Assembly (NCBI GenBank): GCA_965214775.1
Contig: OZ243974.1
Span: 1,024,001-1,088,000, forward strand
DNA: 64,000 nucleotides
Source: Nitrosopumilus sp.
Lineage (GTDB): Archaea; Thermoproteota; Nitrososphaeria; Nitrososphaerales; Nitrosopumilaceae
Direction: 5' to 3'
The position numbers and the translations under genes are program-made. Shown piece after piece: positions 44,035-55,567 of this stretch. Numbering within the stretch: position 1 is the first letter of the stretch; each line of letters begins with the position of its first letter. Under the pieces are notes generated by a model that did no database searches, was not told where the DNA came from, and saw only the letters and a list, made by a program, of their open reading frames with translations.

Positions 44035-44541
44035 GTGAATATGACAATGTTCTTTGATAGCGAATTTGATAGAATTTTCAAAAGGATGTCAAACTCTTTT
44101 TTCGACATAGATGACATCTTTGAAGAAGTCAAAGGAAAGGATTGTTCCGGTTCCGGGCCTTTTTATTACGGCTATATGATGACCGTAGGTCCTGACGGGA
44201 AACCTGTAGTGAAAGAGTACGGAAATGTCAAACCAGGCCTTTTGCCAAGCTCTGACACAAGAGAACCGGTTGTTGATACGATCGTTGATGAGAAAGAAAA
44301 GGCAGTAAAACTCATCGCCGAGATGCCAGGAGTTGAAAAAACTGACGTCAAAATTGTTGTTGACAACAAGGTTGTAGATGTATCTGCCGAACATGGAGAA
44401 AAGAAGTATCACGTAAGAGTTCCTCTGAAACACAGAGTTGATGAGAACTCTGCAAAAGCTTCTTACAAAAACGGGGTTCTACAACTTGTCTTTGCCCTGG
44501 TGGAAGACAAGCCTACCGGCAGAACAGTGGAGGTTGAATAA
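44035..44541 (+). CDS. hsp20: Archaeal small heat-shock protein
   Basis: GPDGKP, AEMPGV, ASYKNGVL. Confidence 0.93.
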   Translation: MNMTMFFDSEFDRIFKRMSNSFFDIDDIFEEVKGKDCSGSGPFYYGYMMTVGPDGKPVVKEYGNVKPGLLPSSDTREPVVDTIVDEKEKAVKLIAEMPGVEKTDVKIVVDNKVVDVSAEHGEKKYHVRVPLKHRVDENSAKASYKNGVLQLVFALVEDKPTGRTVEVE

Positions 44542-44575
44542 ACCCCACATATTTTTTTTGAGGTGAAATGACGAT

Positions 44576-46732
44576 ATGGTAAGTGAAATAGTTTTAAAAA
44601 CCGAAGAAATTCCACAACAACACGTTGGCAGGGGAAGGGCAATAGTTGATCCAAAAATCATTGAGGATCAAAGATGGAGCACTGGACAAATAATAGAACT
44701 GACTTACAACAAAAAAACGCACGTAAAGCTTTGGCCGGGCAGTCCAGAAGAATACGGCTCTGGAATAATCAAAATTGACGGAATTACCAGACAAAACATT
44801 GGAGCTGGCATTGGAGACAAAGTCTCAATCAAGTCAGTTGAAGCAGCTGATGCGCAACAAATCGTTTTGTCCCCGACTGAAAAAATTGCGGCCGAGGGAT
44901 TGCAAGAATACATGAGTTACAACTACCTGAATCATGTGTTTACTGCAGGCGACTCTGTCTCATTGAATACTCAGATGGGGGGACGGGTTCAGTTTATTGT
45001 AACTAGTACAAAGCCGTCAAAACCAGTAATTGTTACAGAAAAGACAGTCTTCAAGCTTGGAACAATGACAAAGGCAGTCAACGCGTCTGTTCCTCGTGTG
45101 ACATATGACGAGTTAGGCGGTCTCAAAAACGAGGTCCAAAAGATTCGTGAGATGGTTGAATTGCCCATGAGGCATCCTGAACTGTTTGAGAAGATAGGCG
45201 TAGAGGCCCCAAAAGGCGTCCTGCTTTACGGCCCTCCGGGCACGGGAAAAACCCTTCTTGCCAAAGCAGTAGCAGGGGAGACTAATGCCCACTTTATCTC
45301 GCTTTCAGGCCCGGAAATCATGGGCAAGTACTATGGGGAAAGTGAGGAGAGAATCAGGGAAATCTTTACCCAAGCCGAAGAAAACTCCCCAAGCATAATC
45401 TTCATTGACGAGATTGACTCGATTGCCCCAAAACGAGACGAAGTTTCAGGCGAAGTTGAAAAGAGAATCGTCTCACAACTTCTGACCCTGCTAGACGGCA
45501 TGAAGTCTCGCGGCAAGGTTGTTGTGATTGCAGCAACAAACAGGCCTGACTCGATTGATCCGGCACTTCGGAGACCGGGCAGATTTGACAGGGAAATTGA
45601 AATTGGGATTCCCGATGACAACGGAAGATCCGAGATTCTTTCAATCCACACGAGAGGAATGCCGATTGATGAAAAGGTGGATCTTTGGCAAATCGCAAAA
45701 ACAACCCATGGCTTTGTTGGGGCAGATCTTGAGGTACTCTCAAAAGAGGCTGCAATGCGCTCTCTGAGAAGAATCCTGCCGGAAATTGATCTTGATGAGG
45801 ACAAAATCTCAGCCGAAGTCCTGCAAAGGATTCGGATCACAGGCGAGGACTTTGGAGACGCGCTAAAAGAAGTCCGGCCAAGCGCATTGCGCGAGGTCCA
45901 GGTACAAATCCCTGATATCAGTTGGGACGATGTAGGCGGTCTGGAATCCCTCAAGGAAGAACTCAAAGAGGCAGTGGAATGGCCAATCAAACACAAGAAA
46001 GCGTTTGACTATGCTGACGTAGAAACCCCAAAGGGGGTCCTGCTGCACGGCCCTCCCGGAACCGGCAAGACGCTGATTGCCAAGGCGCTTGCCAAGATGA
46101 CAGAGTCAAACTTTATCAGCATAAAGGGCCCCGAACTGCTTTCAAAGTGGGTTGGTGAATCTGAAAAAGGAGTCCGAGAAATTTTTAGAAAGGCCAGACA
46201 GGCTGCACCGTGCATCATCTTCCTGGATGAGGTAGACGCGCTTGTTCCGCGGAGAGGAGGCGGGGGCTCTGATTCACACGTTACTCAAAACGTGGTATCT
46301 CAAATCCTGACTGAGATTGATGGACTAGAAGAGCTCCATAACGTGCTGATAATTGGCGCCACAAACAGGCTAGATATCGTAGATGAGGCGCTTTTGCGAC
46401 CAGGCAGGTTTGACAGGATCATAGAAGTCCCCAACCCTGACCAGAAAGGCAGAAAACACATCTTTGAAATCCACACCAAAAAGAAGCCTCTCTCAGACGA
46501 TGTCAGGATTGACAAGATTGTGGAGTTGACATCCGGATTCAGCGGTGCTGAGATTGCCGCAGTTGCTAACAGAGCTGCAGTATCTGCACTAAAGAGATAT
46601 GTCGGTGGAAAATCCCAAAATGTCAAGGACATCAAGATCACCCAACAGGATCTGACTGATGCGGTGGACGCGGTAAAGCCTCGGCAAAAGAAGGAGGAGC
46701 AGGAAGCTCCACTGACTCAATCCATGAAATAG
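44576..46732 (+). CDS. cdc48: CDC48/VCP AAA+ ATPase
   Basis: Two [17 protein letters not shown] modules. Confidence 0.96.
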   Translation: MVSEIVLKTEEIPQQHVGRGRAIVDPKIIEDQRWSTGQIIELTYNKKTHVKLWPGSPEEYGSGIIKIDGITRQNIGAGIGDKVSIKSVEAADAQQIVLSPTEKIAAEGLQEYMSYNYLNHVFTAGDSVSLNTQMGGRVQFIVTSTKPSKPVIVTEKTVFKLGTMTKAVNASVPRVTYDELGGLKNEVQKIREMVELPMRHPELFEKIGVEAPKGVLLYGPPGTGKTLLAKAVAGETNAHFISLSGPEIMGKYYGESEERIREIFTQAEENSPSIIFIDEIDSIAPKRDEVSGEVEKRIVSQLLTLLDGMKSRGKVVVIAATNRPDSIDPALRRPGRFDREIEIGIPDDNGRSEILSIHTRGMPIDEKVDLWQIAKTTHGFVGADLEVLSKEAAMRSLRRILPEIDLDEDKISAEVLQRIRITGEDFGDALKEVRPSALREVQVQIPDISWDDVGGLESLKEELKEAVEWPIKHKKAFDYADVETPKGVLLHGPPGTGKTLIAKALAKMTESNFISIKGPELLSKWVGESEKGVREIFRKARQAAPCIIFLDEVDALVPRRGGGGSDSHVTQNVVSQILTEIDGLEELHNVLIIGATNRLDIVDEALLRPGRFDRIIEVPNPDQKGRKHIFEIHTKKKPLSDDVRIDKIVELTSGFSGAEIAAVANRAAVSALKRYVGGKSQNVKDIKITQQDLTDAVDAVKPRQKKEEQEAPLTQSMK

Positions 46733-46749
46733 TCTAAATACCAAGTAGG

Positions 46750-46980
46750 ATGACGCAAAGCATGAAACTCTATCTGGACTTTGAACCATGCGCAGAATGC
46801 AGCGCAATGATGGCAGCATTAAGCAGTCCTGAGATGTTGTTTGCCGATGAGAAGACAAGGGCAGATGAGTCTGCAAAATTTCTCAGGCATCTGACCTACA
46901 ATCACAACGAGGTAGTTCAAGCAGTAATGGAGGATCTTCCAAAACAAAAAAGAGATCAAGAGCCTGATTTTTATCAGTAA
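46750..46980 (+). CDS. Small conserved hypothetical protein (CxxC)
   Basis: Follows cdc48; CAEC motif. Confidence 0.6.
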   Translation: MTQSMKLYLDFEPCAECSAMMAALSSPEMLFADEKTRADESAKFLRHLTYNHNEVVQAVMEDLPKQKRDQEPDFYQ

Positions 46981-46998
46981 TTCTCCTTTTCCTTCCCA

Positions 46999-47137
46999 GA
47001 GAGTTGATTCGAAATCAGCAGATTCTGATTGCTTGTGAGCGATTTTGCACGAAACGGCTCAAAACATCAACAAAACACAAATCATCTGTGAAATAACTTG
47101 AGAAATTCGTATTGTTTCTAATTTTGGATCACCTCTC
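46999..47137 (-). mobile_element. MITE family D copy
   Basis: Reverse-complement match to 7710-7848. Confidence 0.75.
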
Positions 47138-47315
47138 AAATGGACGTGACCCCGCACTTTGACACACAAGAGTTTACCCTTTAGGCGCCACGGCTGGCCG
47201 GGATCTTCATGATCGTGCCTGCCACGCCGTATTCCTAGAAATGGGATAACCCTTGCCTTTGACACTCCCGAAACAGATATCTGTAATACGGAGCAGAGTA
47301 ACAGCGTTATCGAAC

Positions 47316-48392
47316 ATGGAATCAAAGGCAGAATTACGGGAGGGGGGAGAGCGCAACACGTGTAGCAAGGGCGGCAGGGTGTCGCTGCTAATCAGGGTGT
47401 ACAACGGGGAAAGGTACCTGGTGCAGTCCATAGAGTCCGCGCTGGCACAGACGTACGGCAACATCGAGGTCATAGCCGTAAACGACGGCTCCACGGACGG
47501 GTCAGCCGAGATACTGGAGAGGTACTCTGACAGGATCAGGATAGTTGATACAGAGCACGCGGGACGTTCGGCTGCCTACAATGCGGGGATCGCCCACATG
47601 ACCGGGGATTGGCTTGCCGCACTGGATTCTGATGATATAATGTATCCTGACGCCGTAGAGAGGCTTGTCGGGGCAGCCGAGGAGCTCGACTCGTCCTCAA
47701 CTACCAAGATAATACCGTTTTTTGATCTGCAGCTGCTGGGATCCGACGGAAGACCAAACGGCAGAACGAAGTCGTACCATATGGACAACTCCATGGACGC
47801 GATGGAGCAGGGCGCCTCGATGTCCTGCATGTACTTTGGACACATATGCGTCTCCATCCTTCACAGATCGATTCTTGAGGACGTCGGGGGGTTTGACGAG
47901 AGCCTTGGCCGATGCGAGGACAAGGAGTTTGGCATGCGACTTACCGTAAATCACGGGTACAGGTTCCACCACATTCCGGGCATCATATACGGGTACCGAC
48001 AGCACGACGGGCAGGATCAATCAAGCCTAAGGGAGCGGTATGACACGAGGCGCAGGATGCTGGAGCGGACGGTTAACAGGCTGAGCGGGCCGGAACAGAA
48101 GAGATACGCCGAGACCAGCAGGAGGATCGGACGCAGGTTCGTTATCACAACTGCGTACCGTCGCGCCGATCACGTCCTGAGCTTGTTTGCGTATGGCGCC
48201 CATGAGGGTGCAACGGCACGGCTTGCGGCCAGAATGCTCGGGGCCCTGCTTGAAAGCAGACCCGCGTACCGTCTCGTGAGATTGCTGACGTGCCGCCTGA
48301 GAACCACAAGGATCGAGCCACGGGAGGGGGGGGCTGATCCTGTCCATTGGGTCAAACCGGGACTGTCGCGTAATTCCGTCCATCTGACTTGA
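47316..48392 (+). CDS. Glycosyltransferase family 2
   Basis: YNGE.YL, VNDGSTD, LDSDD, ED.EF. Confidence 0.85.
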   Translation: MESKAELREGGERNTCSKGGRVSLLIRVYNGERYLVQSIESALAQTYGNIEVIAVNDGSTDGSAEILERYSDRIRIVDTEHAGRSAAYNAGIAHMTGDWLAALDSDDIMYPDAVERLVGAAEELDSSSTTKIIPFFDLQLLGSDGRPNGRTKSYHMDNSMDAMEQGASMSCMYFGHICVSILHRSILEDVGGFDESLGRCEDKEFGMRLTVNHGYRFHHIPGIIYGYRQHDGQDQSSLRERYDTRRRMLERTVNRLSGPEQKRYAETSRRIGRRFVITTAYRRADHVLSLFAYGAHEGATARLAARMLGALLESRPAYRLVRLLTCRLRTTRIEPREGGADPVHWVKPGLSRNSVHLT

Positions 48393-48577
48393 TCTGCACG
48401 TTTTTCTGAATTTCCGCCCTTTTGCACGCCTAATCCAGATGAGATCTCTGGTTTTCAGGAACTCTGACGAATTAGGCGACAACCCCGGCGTGAGACCACG
48501 TCATCTCAATGACCGGGCATGAAAGTCAGAGTACATGCAGTTGGCGCCTAACTGTCAAGATGCCGCGGCAGCCCACG

Positions 48578-49666
48578 TCACCTTGGCCTGATTCCCTTGA
48601 GAATCCCAACGAACCTTTCGGCGGCCACGCCGTTGTCCCAGTTGTCCCGTACGAACCTGCGCCCCATTCTCCCCATGTCCCGCGCCCTCTTTACATCGCC
48701 CAGCAGCAGCGAGATTCTTTCTATCCATCCTATGTAGTCCCCACGTCTGACCAGAAACCCCGTCTTGCCGTCCAGCATCGTAGCCTGTATATAGTCACTA
48801 TCGGTGACGATCGCCGGCACCCCCATGGACATTGCCTGTTTCAGCGAGTACGGCGACATTTCAATGGCGCTGGCAAGGCCGTAAATGTCGATCGAGGAGA
48901 GATAGTCCCTGACCCTGTCGGGGTATTCTAGCGCCCCAAGCCACTTGAAGTTGCTGTATCCTGCCAGCTGTTCCAGTATCCTGTCACGGTACCGTCCGTC
49001 ACCGGCCCAGTAGAACGTCACATGCGGGAGTGCCTCGACGACCCGACGCAGGACTAGCATCTCCTTTGCCTTGAACCACTCGTTGGCATGCTGCAGCAGG
49101 CCCACGCACGGGTGTCTCAACGTCATACCTTTATCCTCGCGTCCGCCGTCACTCCAAAAATCCATGTCTATGCTAGAGTACGGAAACGTCACCACGCTAC
49201 TCCGGGGATGATGCTCCCTTATGATATCTGCTATGGAGTCGGTCTCGGCAAGTATGACTGAGGCCTTCCTCAGGCAGGGACTCATCATGCGGGCCTGTAC
49301 TGCATGATATATGCTGCGATAAATCATCCTGTCCCTTCTCTCCATTTCTTGGTACGTCCAGTTGTCCCAGAAATACACCAGCACCGGTATTTTTTTACCG
49401 GCGGCAATCCGCCCCAGATCGTTTGGAAGGTCCAGTACTACGGCGTCGGGTTTGAACTCGTCGAGCAGCCGCTCAAAGCGCCTTTTCTTTGATGCATTTA
49501 GCACCGGAAGCCTAGCGACGACGTTTCCCAGATACTCCCTGCGTACGACCCTTCTGCACTCAATGTTGCGCTCCTCTAGGCTTTTTATGAGCTTGTCCTG
49601 CAGCATCCATTTTGAGTGCGAGCCGGGTGTGGAATCCTGACCTGTGCTAACAAAGAGCAGCCGCAT
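48578..49666 (-). CDS. Glycosyltransferase family 4 (GT-B)
   Basis: AGDG, E.SPYSLKQAMS.G.P, G.TGFLV. Confidence 0.85.
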   Translation of the reverse strand: MRLLFVSTGQDSTPGSHSKWMLQDKLIKSLEERNIECRRVVRREYLGNVVARLPVLNASKKRRFERLLDEFKPDAVVLDLPNDLGRIAAGKKIPVLVYFWDNWTYQEMERRDRMIYRSIYHAVQARMMSPCLRKASVILAETDSIADIIREHHPRSSVVTFPYSSIDMDFWSDGGREDKGMTLRHPCVGLLQHANEWFKAKEMLVLRRVVEALPHVTFYWAGDGRYRDRILEQLAGYSNFKWLGALEYPDRVRDYLSSIDIYGLASAIEMSPYSLKQAMSMGVPAIVTDSDYIQATMLDGKTGFLVRRGDYIGWIERISLLLGDVKRARDMGRMGRRFVRDNWDNGVAAERFVGILKGIRPR

Positions 49667-49731
49667 GATGGACTTTGCTAGGTTTGGCTAATAAACCGTG
49701 TATTGTGTCGTACAACATCAGATCCTCCGTA

Positions 49732-50081
49732 TAGCAACGGGCAGAAGTCTTTGAGTCAAAGTAGGCCATAACTACACGTAAAAAACCTCAATTATTTCTG
49801 CTCGTTGCTATAAAATCAGACGTGAACAGGAAATGGATGAATGTTTTACGCCTAGAAAGTTGAGGACCTAGTGTTCAGCCTTCCCAAAAGTACACAATTC
49901 ATGACTGTCCAGATGGCGGCAAGTGAATCTGCAGCGTCATAACTTGGTTTGCTTCAGATCCGGAGCCATTTTCCGGGTTACTTCTGGGAACACAGTATCG
50001 TATAGCAACGGGCAGGAGTCTTTGAGTCAAAGCAGGCCATAACTACACGTAAAAAACCTCAATTATTTCTGCTCGTTGCTA
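49732..50081. mobile_element. Two family A MITEs (49732-49810, 50003-50081) flanking a family G MITE (49876-49995)
   Basis: Direct sequence matches to other copies; TA flanks. Confidence 0.85.
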
Positions 50082-50225
50082 TACAAAAAAAATAATCGAT
50101 TTTCAACTGTATGCACTACACTTCTCAGGTCTGGAGGGAGATCAGCGACATTCTGAGACCACAATTTTGCATGGCTGTCTAATGACAAGGACAGTTGTTG
50201 GATGAAATCTGGCCAGCTACTAAAA

Positions 50226-50708
50226 TCACAATTCATGAAAATCAATTCCGATATTTTCAGGCCTGTTCAAAAGAACCCCCTCTGCGCGGCATATCATGAC
50301 CTTGATCTTTGTTTCAGATTTTCCTCTCATTTGTGATTCACTGGGTTTGCTGTTTCCGGATTTGGCCTCCACCCACATGAAATCCTCAGCTTTGGTTTGG
50401 TTGATCTGCCTGGGTGGGTTTTCAGTGTGTATCTTGACTGCAAGAAAATCATACAGATCTCGCGGCTTGTATTTTGTAGCTGTCTTGCATATCCTGCAGA
50501 TCTCGCCCCTTACAATCTCGGGCACTGCTATGTCTATTCTGCCATCATTGTAACCAAATAGTATTTTGTTGCCGGATCGCTCAAGCCCCTTTACATCTAT
50601 GTTGTGCGACCTGACACAAGCCATGTTTTCAGAGTAAAGAAACTGTTCACAGTATGTCTCCCCCAACGATCCAAGAATCTGGTTGTTTATTTTTAGATAT
50701 TTTTTCAA
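50226..50708 (-). CDS. PD-(D/E)xK nuclease-like protein
   Basis: G.LGE, YDF, VEAKS. Confidence 0.65.
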   Translation of the reverse strand: MKKYLKINNQILGSLGETYCEQFLYSENMACVRSHNIDVKGLERSGNKILFGYNDGRIDIAVPEIVRGEICRICKTATKYKPRDLYDFLAVKIHTENPPRQINQTKAEDFMWVEAKSGNSKPSESQMRGKSETKIKVMICRAEGVLLNRPENIGIDFHEL

Positions 50709-50812
50709 GTGTTTTTCTTGTACCCGCTCTGAATTTATCTATACCTGCCCATGTCCCCATTTGGAAGTGTAATCAATAATCATATTCAAATACGAAACTG
50801 TTCCAAACTATA

Positions 50813-51256
50813 GTGAACCAACAAATGAAAACCCCCTTGATGTTTGCAGTTTTTCTGATTTCTCTGTCTGGCCTTCCACCATCTCTTGGAATGGAAGCAG
50901 AACAGGAACCTGAACCTCCGGCAATTCCCGGACCGTCACCGGAACCCGAACCGATCAACATGCCGGAACCCGAACCTGCCCCTGATCCCTTTCCGGGAGA
51001 GACTGAATCAGAAAAAATTCAGCGCCTAACAGAGGAAAATGAAAAATTAAGACAAAAAAATACGAATCTGCATGGTGAAATATCCTCTTTAGAAAACGAC
51101 AAACAAAGACTCCAATCAGAAATCTTTGAACTAAATGACATTATTGACGGATTAAACCAAGTTATAATGGAGCAAATACGAGTTATTATAGATTTGACAA
51201 ATAAACTAAAAGACATCTCGTTTGAAAAAATTTTCAATCCCACACTAAACGTGTAG
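50813..51256 (+). CDS. Secreted Pro/Glu-rich coiled-coil protein
   Basis: Signal peptide, PEPEP linker, heptad repeats. Confidence 0.7.
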   Translation: MNQQMKTPLMFAVFLISLSGLPPSLGMEAEQEPEPPAIPGPSPEPEPINMPEPEPAPDPFPGETESEKIQRLTEENEKLRQKNTNLHGEISSLENDKQRLQSEIFELNDIIDGLNQVIMEQIRVIIDLTNKLKDISFEKIFNPTLNV

Positions 51257-51273
51257 GACGGTTTTGGAATTTT

Positions 51274-52197
51274 TTACTCATCAATCTTTAGCGTTTTCTT
51301 AATCAATACTGCCCTGTTTCTAATTGTGACATCGCTTACTCCGGACTCTATTGCAAATCTCTTTTGGCTTATTTTCTCGCCATTTAGCACGCATGAAATG
51401 TACAGTGATGCAGCAGCCTGAGCTACCGGATGCTTTCCTGCAGTAATCTGCTTACTCTCACATTTTTTTAGAATTTCAACCGCATCTCGTTTTGTTTTTT
51501 CCTTGAGATTCATGTTGTTTGAAATTTTTGAGATAAACGATGCAGTATCGTATTGGTTGAGGTTCATCCCTAGCTTTTTGATTATGGTTCTCAGATCTCT
51601 GGAAAGCATTCTTCTCTCTACATTGCCTGCAACTGCAATGTCGTCCAAAGTCCTTGGAATGTTGTTTTCTCTGCAGGCAGCATACAGCGAGGCTGAGACC
51701 AGTGATGCCATTGTCCTGCCTCTGGTGAGCCTGGCACTGGCAATCTTTCTGTAAATATAGGCCGCATTTTCAACCACACTGTCTGGAATTCCAAGCTTTG
51801 TCTTCATTCCATGCAGTAGTGTGAATGCCTTGCTTAGTGTTGCTGTTTTTCTTGACTTGCTTCTCTGATCCCAAGTTCTTAGTCTGTTGAACTCGTATTT
51901 TGTTTTACTTGGTAATGCATTTCCTGAAGAATCTTTATTTGCTCCAATAACAGTTGATAATCCCTTGTCATACATTGTCAATGATATTCCGGGACCTGTT
52001 CTTGCCAGCTTCATAAAGTCTTCTTGAGTATAACCGTTGTTTTGGTACGATGTGTCAGGCATGTTTTGCACTAAGATAAGACCGCATCCCCCGCAAAAAA
52101 TTTCTCCTCGTTCAGAATCGGTAATTGCGGGGTAGGTTTTGCAAGCATGTACTTCACACTTGACATCATAATCACTAGAAATATTCTCTGCTACCAC
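51274..52197 (-). CDS. tfb: Transcription initiation factor IIB paralog
   Basis: Zn ribbon GEIFCGGCG, ARTG, two cyclin repeats, VTIRNR. Confidence 0.93.
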   Translation of the reverse strand: MVAENISSDYDVKCEVHACKTYPAITDSERGEIFCGGCGLILVQNMPDTSYQNNGYTQEDFMKLARTGPGISLTMYDKGLSTVIGANKDSSGNALPSKTKYEFNRLRTWDQRSKSRKTATLSKAFTLLHGMKTKLGIPDSVVENAAYIYRKIASARLTRGRTMASLVSASLYAACRENNIPRTLDDIAVAGNVERRMLSRDLRTIIKKLGMNLNQYDTASFISKISNNMNLKEKTKRDAVEILKKCESKQITAGKHPVAQAAASLYISCVLNGEKISQKRFAIESGVSDVTIRNRAVLIKKTLKIDE

Positions 52198-52375
52198 TAT
52201 TAATTAATATGGGTGCTTGAAAAATAAAAACAGTTTGTTTCAGGCAATTTTGTAATCAGTTTTCAAGTTTGCAAACGAAAAATTCCTAGAAATCTTCAAA
52301 ACTTTGCTTTGTAATTGCAATACACTGTACATGGTATTAAGTGTTCCAAACTGCAAAAGAATTTTTCTGAAAAGA

Positions 52376-52564
52376 TTATTTCTTTATTGATTCTAAGGAA
52401 TATCCGCGATTTGTAAACATCTGCATTGCTGCTTCCTTCGAGTAATCAATTCCGTATTCTTCTTCCATGTGAGATCTGAATCTCTCTATTACTTCGTCTC
52501 CCTCACCAGAAATTTCGAGATCATCCTCAAATCCATAGTCACTGACTTTGATTTTGAGAATCAT
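52376..52564 (-). CDS. DUF1059-like small protein (possibly degenerate)
   Basis: DYGFE...HMEEE.GIDY pattern, but the usual Cys residues are absent. Confidence 0.55.
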   Translation of the reverse strand: MILKIKVSDYGFEDDLEISGEGDEVIERFRSHMEEEYGIDYSKEAAMQMFTNRGYSLESIKK

Positions 52565-52867
52565 CTGCTATGGACAAAAAATCAAAGATATAAAAACCAT
52601 GTGTATCTTGGTTCGTGAGTTTGCCCCGCGGGCTTGCCAAACATCTGGCCGGAACCACAGCACAAACCGCGCGCTGACGGCAGAAAACCGGCAGCTCAAA
52701 CAGCGTGCCAAGTATTGCGAGACCCGCACAGCCCGTCATCGCAGAACTCGATTCTGACCAGACAGAAAAAGGCCGCTGCCGCAAGGACATCATGCAGCGT
52801 GCACGTATCTGCAAAGGTAAATCTTGGCCGCACAGTGTTTTTTAACCTGCTCCGGGCAGTCCTTGCA

Positions 52868-53758
52868 TTGGACTATGAGGAGCTGAGGGATTTCATACAC
52901 AAGCGTATGCGCATGACACACATCTATCAGCCCCTCATGATCAGAACCATCCTAGAGTCAGACGGCGGGGCAGCCACGGTCGGCGACATTGCAAGCAGCT
53001 TTGTGGGCCAGGACAGGGCATACCTGGAATACTACAAGAAGATAGTAAAGAGGTGGCCACATGACACCCTCGTCAGGAAGCAGAAGGTGGCCGAGTATGA
53101 CAGGGGGAGCCAGTCGTACAGGCTGCGGCTTGACGGGGAGCTGTCCGACGGACAGAGGGCCGAGCTGATAAACCTGTGCGACTATAGACTAGAGGAGTTC
53201 CTCGACCGGGATTATTGGATACTTGGCAGGAGGGTGACCCCCGAGCGCATGGCCCTCTCGAATCTCAGGTACGACATCCTGGCAAAATCAAAGGGGGTGT
53301 GCGTTGCATGCGGCACCCCGGCAACCAAGACCCCGCTTGACATTGATCACATTGTCCCCATAGCGCAGGGGGGCTCCGACGTCCCGGACAACATGCAGGC
53401 ACTGTGCTTCAGGTGCAACCGCCAGAAGAGGGATCGCGACATGACGGACTTTCTGCTGTGGCACAAGCAGATCCAGTTTGCAAAAAGCCCGAAATGCAGA
53501 ACCTGTGACGGGCGCCACGGGGCGGGGCCGCACAACCACATGGCGTTTGCCGTGACAGAGGGGGACTGCTTTGTGGCGCCGATACGGCACGTGCGCTCCT
53601 TTTCGGAGATGATCCTCGCCGAAAGGCAGCTGTGCATGGCTCTGGTACACAGTGTGGTCGAGGACCTCCGGATCAAGTCGCCTGCTGCAAAGTTTGGAAT
53701 CGACGGCCTGTATGACTCGGATGCAGAGCACTGCCGCATATCGATCGTACGGGAGTGA
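52868..53758 (+). CDS. HNH endonuclease with a degenerate HIT-like C-terminus (start uncertain)
   Basis: M.HIYQP, CVACG..DHIVP..GG...NMQALCFRCN..K; PIRHV.SF. Confidence 0.8.
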   Translation: MDYEELRDFIHKRMRMTHIYQPLMIRTILESDGGAATVGDIASSFVGQDRAYLEYYKKIVKRWPHDTLVRKQKVAEYDRGSQSYRLRLDGELSDGQRAELINLCDYRLEEFLDRDYWILGRRVTPERMALSNLRYDILAKSKGVCVACGTPATKTPLDIDHIVPIAQGGSDVPDNMQALCFRCNRQKRDRDMTDFLLWHKQIQFAKSPKCRTCDGRHGAGPHNHMAFAVTEGDCFVAPIRHVRSFSEMILAERQLCMALVHSVVEDLRIKSPAAKFGIDGLYDSDAEHCRISIVRE

Positions 53759-53836
53759 GGGAAATAGTCGTCAAGATCCTGGCCGGCAACACCGCTAGGG
53801 GCAAACTCTTACGGGAATGGGTTCATTTCCGTCTAC

Positions 53837-53918
53837 TAGACTTTATGCGTAATTGGTTCAGATCTAGGATTATTACGAACAAATTCGTCTCATTCAGATC
53901 GATTACGCATAAAGTCTA
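53837..53918. mobile_element. MITE family E copy
   Basis: Matches 2152-2233. Confidence 0.8.
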
Positions 53919-54344
53919 CTGGGATGTTTTGATCCAGTCAATTACGCAAAGTCTTGTTAACCGTTGTTTAACATTTTGATTGCCATATCCACATTCCCGT
54001 CCGAGTCGACTATGGCTCGTGCAACCTCATGCGGTAAGGCGTTAGTTGACTCGTGGACTGGGTAAAATCATGGGGGTGGAATGCCAGTATCAAGAAAATC
54101 TGATGCTGGAAGGTCGTGCGCATAATAAAATCCACCGTAGCTACACACAGGATATTCCAACTGCTGATACAGATCGCAAATGTGGTGCGTCATGACCTCC
54201 TTGTACATGTTGGGAGAGCTTGCAAAGTGAAGGAACAACGTGCTGTATGTGTAGGCTAAAAAGGCACAAAACAACAAGAGTGCTACCAGTATACCGATTA
54301 TGAAAAGTAGTATTTTGGGTTCAAAGATAAAAAAAAGGATGCGG

Positions 54345-54927
54345 TCAAGGCAACGCCCTTTGTTGGAATTCCACTCTGAAACTTACATTATCCAAGGGAT
54401 TCTCGATTTCAGCGCCAGACCAACCAGACAGTTGAGCCTGTAAACCATAGTATGATTGAGAGTGTGAATATACTGTATCACTGACAACGGCAGTTGTTTT
54501 ATGCGTATAGTGCGGAATTATACACCATTCAAAATACGTAGGAATGGAGCTATCACCATATGCGTGCCAGTTTATGTTGCTCCAGATATTGCTTGATGAG
54601 CCTTGCCACGAAGTATCCGCCTGCCAGTGCATAACCCAATGGTTGATGTCGTTCCAACACGTTTGACTATAACTGTCACTACCGGATGCAAACTCGTTGT
54701 CTATTGCAGTATAGCAACGGGCAGAAGTCTTTGAGTCAAAGTAGGTCATAACTACACGTAAAAAACCTCAATTATTTCTGCTCGTTGCTATAGTTATATT
54801 TAGCATCGTCTCTGATTGTCACATAATTTTCTGCGTAAACAGATCTTTCTATGCCAAACAATAAACTAGACATTGCGATCAAAGACGCAAACAATACTGC
54901 TTTTGTGTTTTTTGTTTTGTAATTCAT
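54345..54927 (-). pseudogene. Secreted protein gene interrupted by a family A MITE (54712-54790)
   Basis: Signal peptide KAVLFASLIAM; MITE inside; precise excision alone does not restore the frame, so a further indel is implied. Confidence 0.55.
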
Positions 54928-55121
54928 GTCGCTGCCTGCATCACAACCACTTGTTATGTAACAACTGCTAGTCGTCTGCGGTATGCCTTTTGCGCACGAA
55001 ATGTGCAAGAACTGGATCCCGTACTCGTCAAAGGGTGCCGGAAAGTTCGCCCGTGAAACGGCGGTCTCCGCCGGCGGATCTGTTTTGCGCTATTTTGCAT
55101 GTTTTCTAATCATCTTCCACA

Positions 55122-55259
55122 GAGAGATGATCCTAAATTACAAACCAAACAAATTTTTCGAATAATTTCACAGATAACTTGCATTTTGTTGGTGTTTTGA
55201 GACGCTTTATGCAAATTCGTCCACAAATAATCTGAATCTGCCAATTTCGAATCAACTCT
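55122..55259 (+). mobile_element. MITE family D copy
   Basis: Matches 7710-7848. Confidence 0.75.
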
Positions 55260-55288
55260 GGTGAACAAAAGTACACTTTCAACTACTG

Positions 55289-55567
55289 ATGGAAGGAAAA
55301 TCCTTAATGAGTGCCATTGTTAATAATCAGCTGGGAATGGTATACTCGTATCAGGTCATAAAGTTTCAAACGATTTCGCTTGTTCAGGGAACGCATTGGT
55401 CACAGTCGGTAGGAGACAAAGGAATTCTCTACAAATCACTCAAAGATCCTTTTTCAAAAATAATCATCCAAACACCAAACGGTTCGAAAAAACTTTACCG
55501 TATTCCAAAAGACAGAACTGTTGTGGTTGCAAATGACACTGTGCATTTTCTTGGCGAGCTGGCTTGA
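55289..55567 (+). CDS. Hypothetical protein
   Basis: Protein-like ORF convergent with the next gene. Confidence 0.65.
   Translation: MEGKSLMSAIVNNQLGMVYSYQVIKFQTISLVQGTHWSQSVGDKGILYKSLKDPFSKIIIQTPNGSKKLYRIPKDRTVVVANDTVHFLGELA

Noticed and set aside
49732-50081. Two 79-bp direct repeats as a CRISPR array or att sites
   Set aside because: They have TIRs and TA flanks and recur at dispersed sites, so they are MITEs
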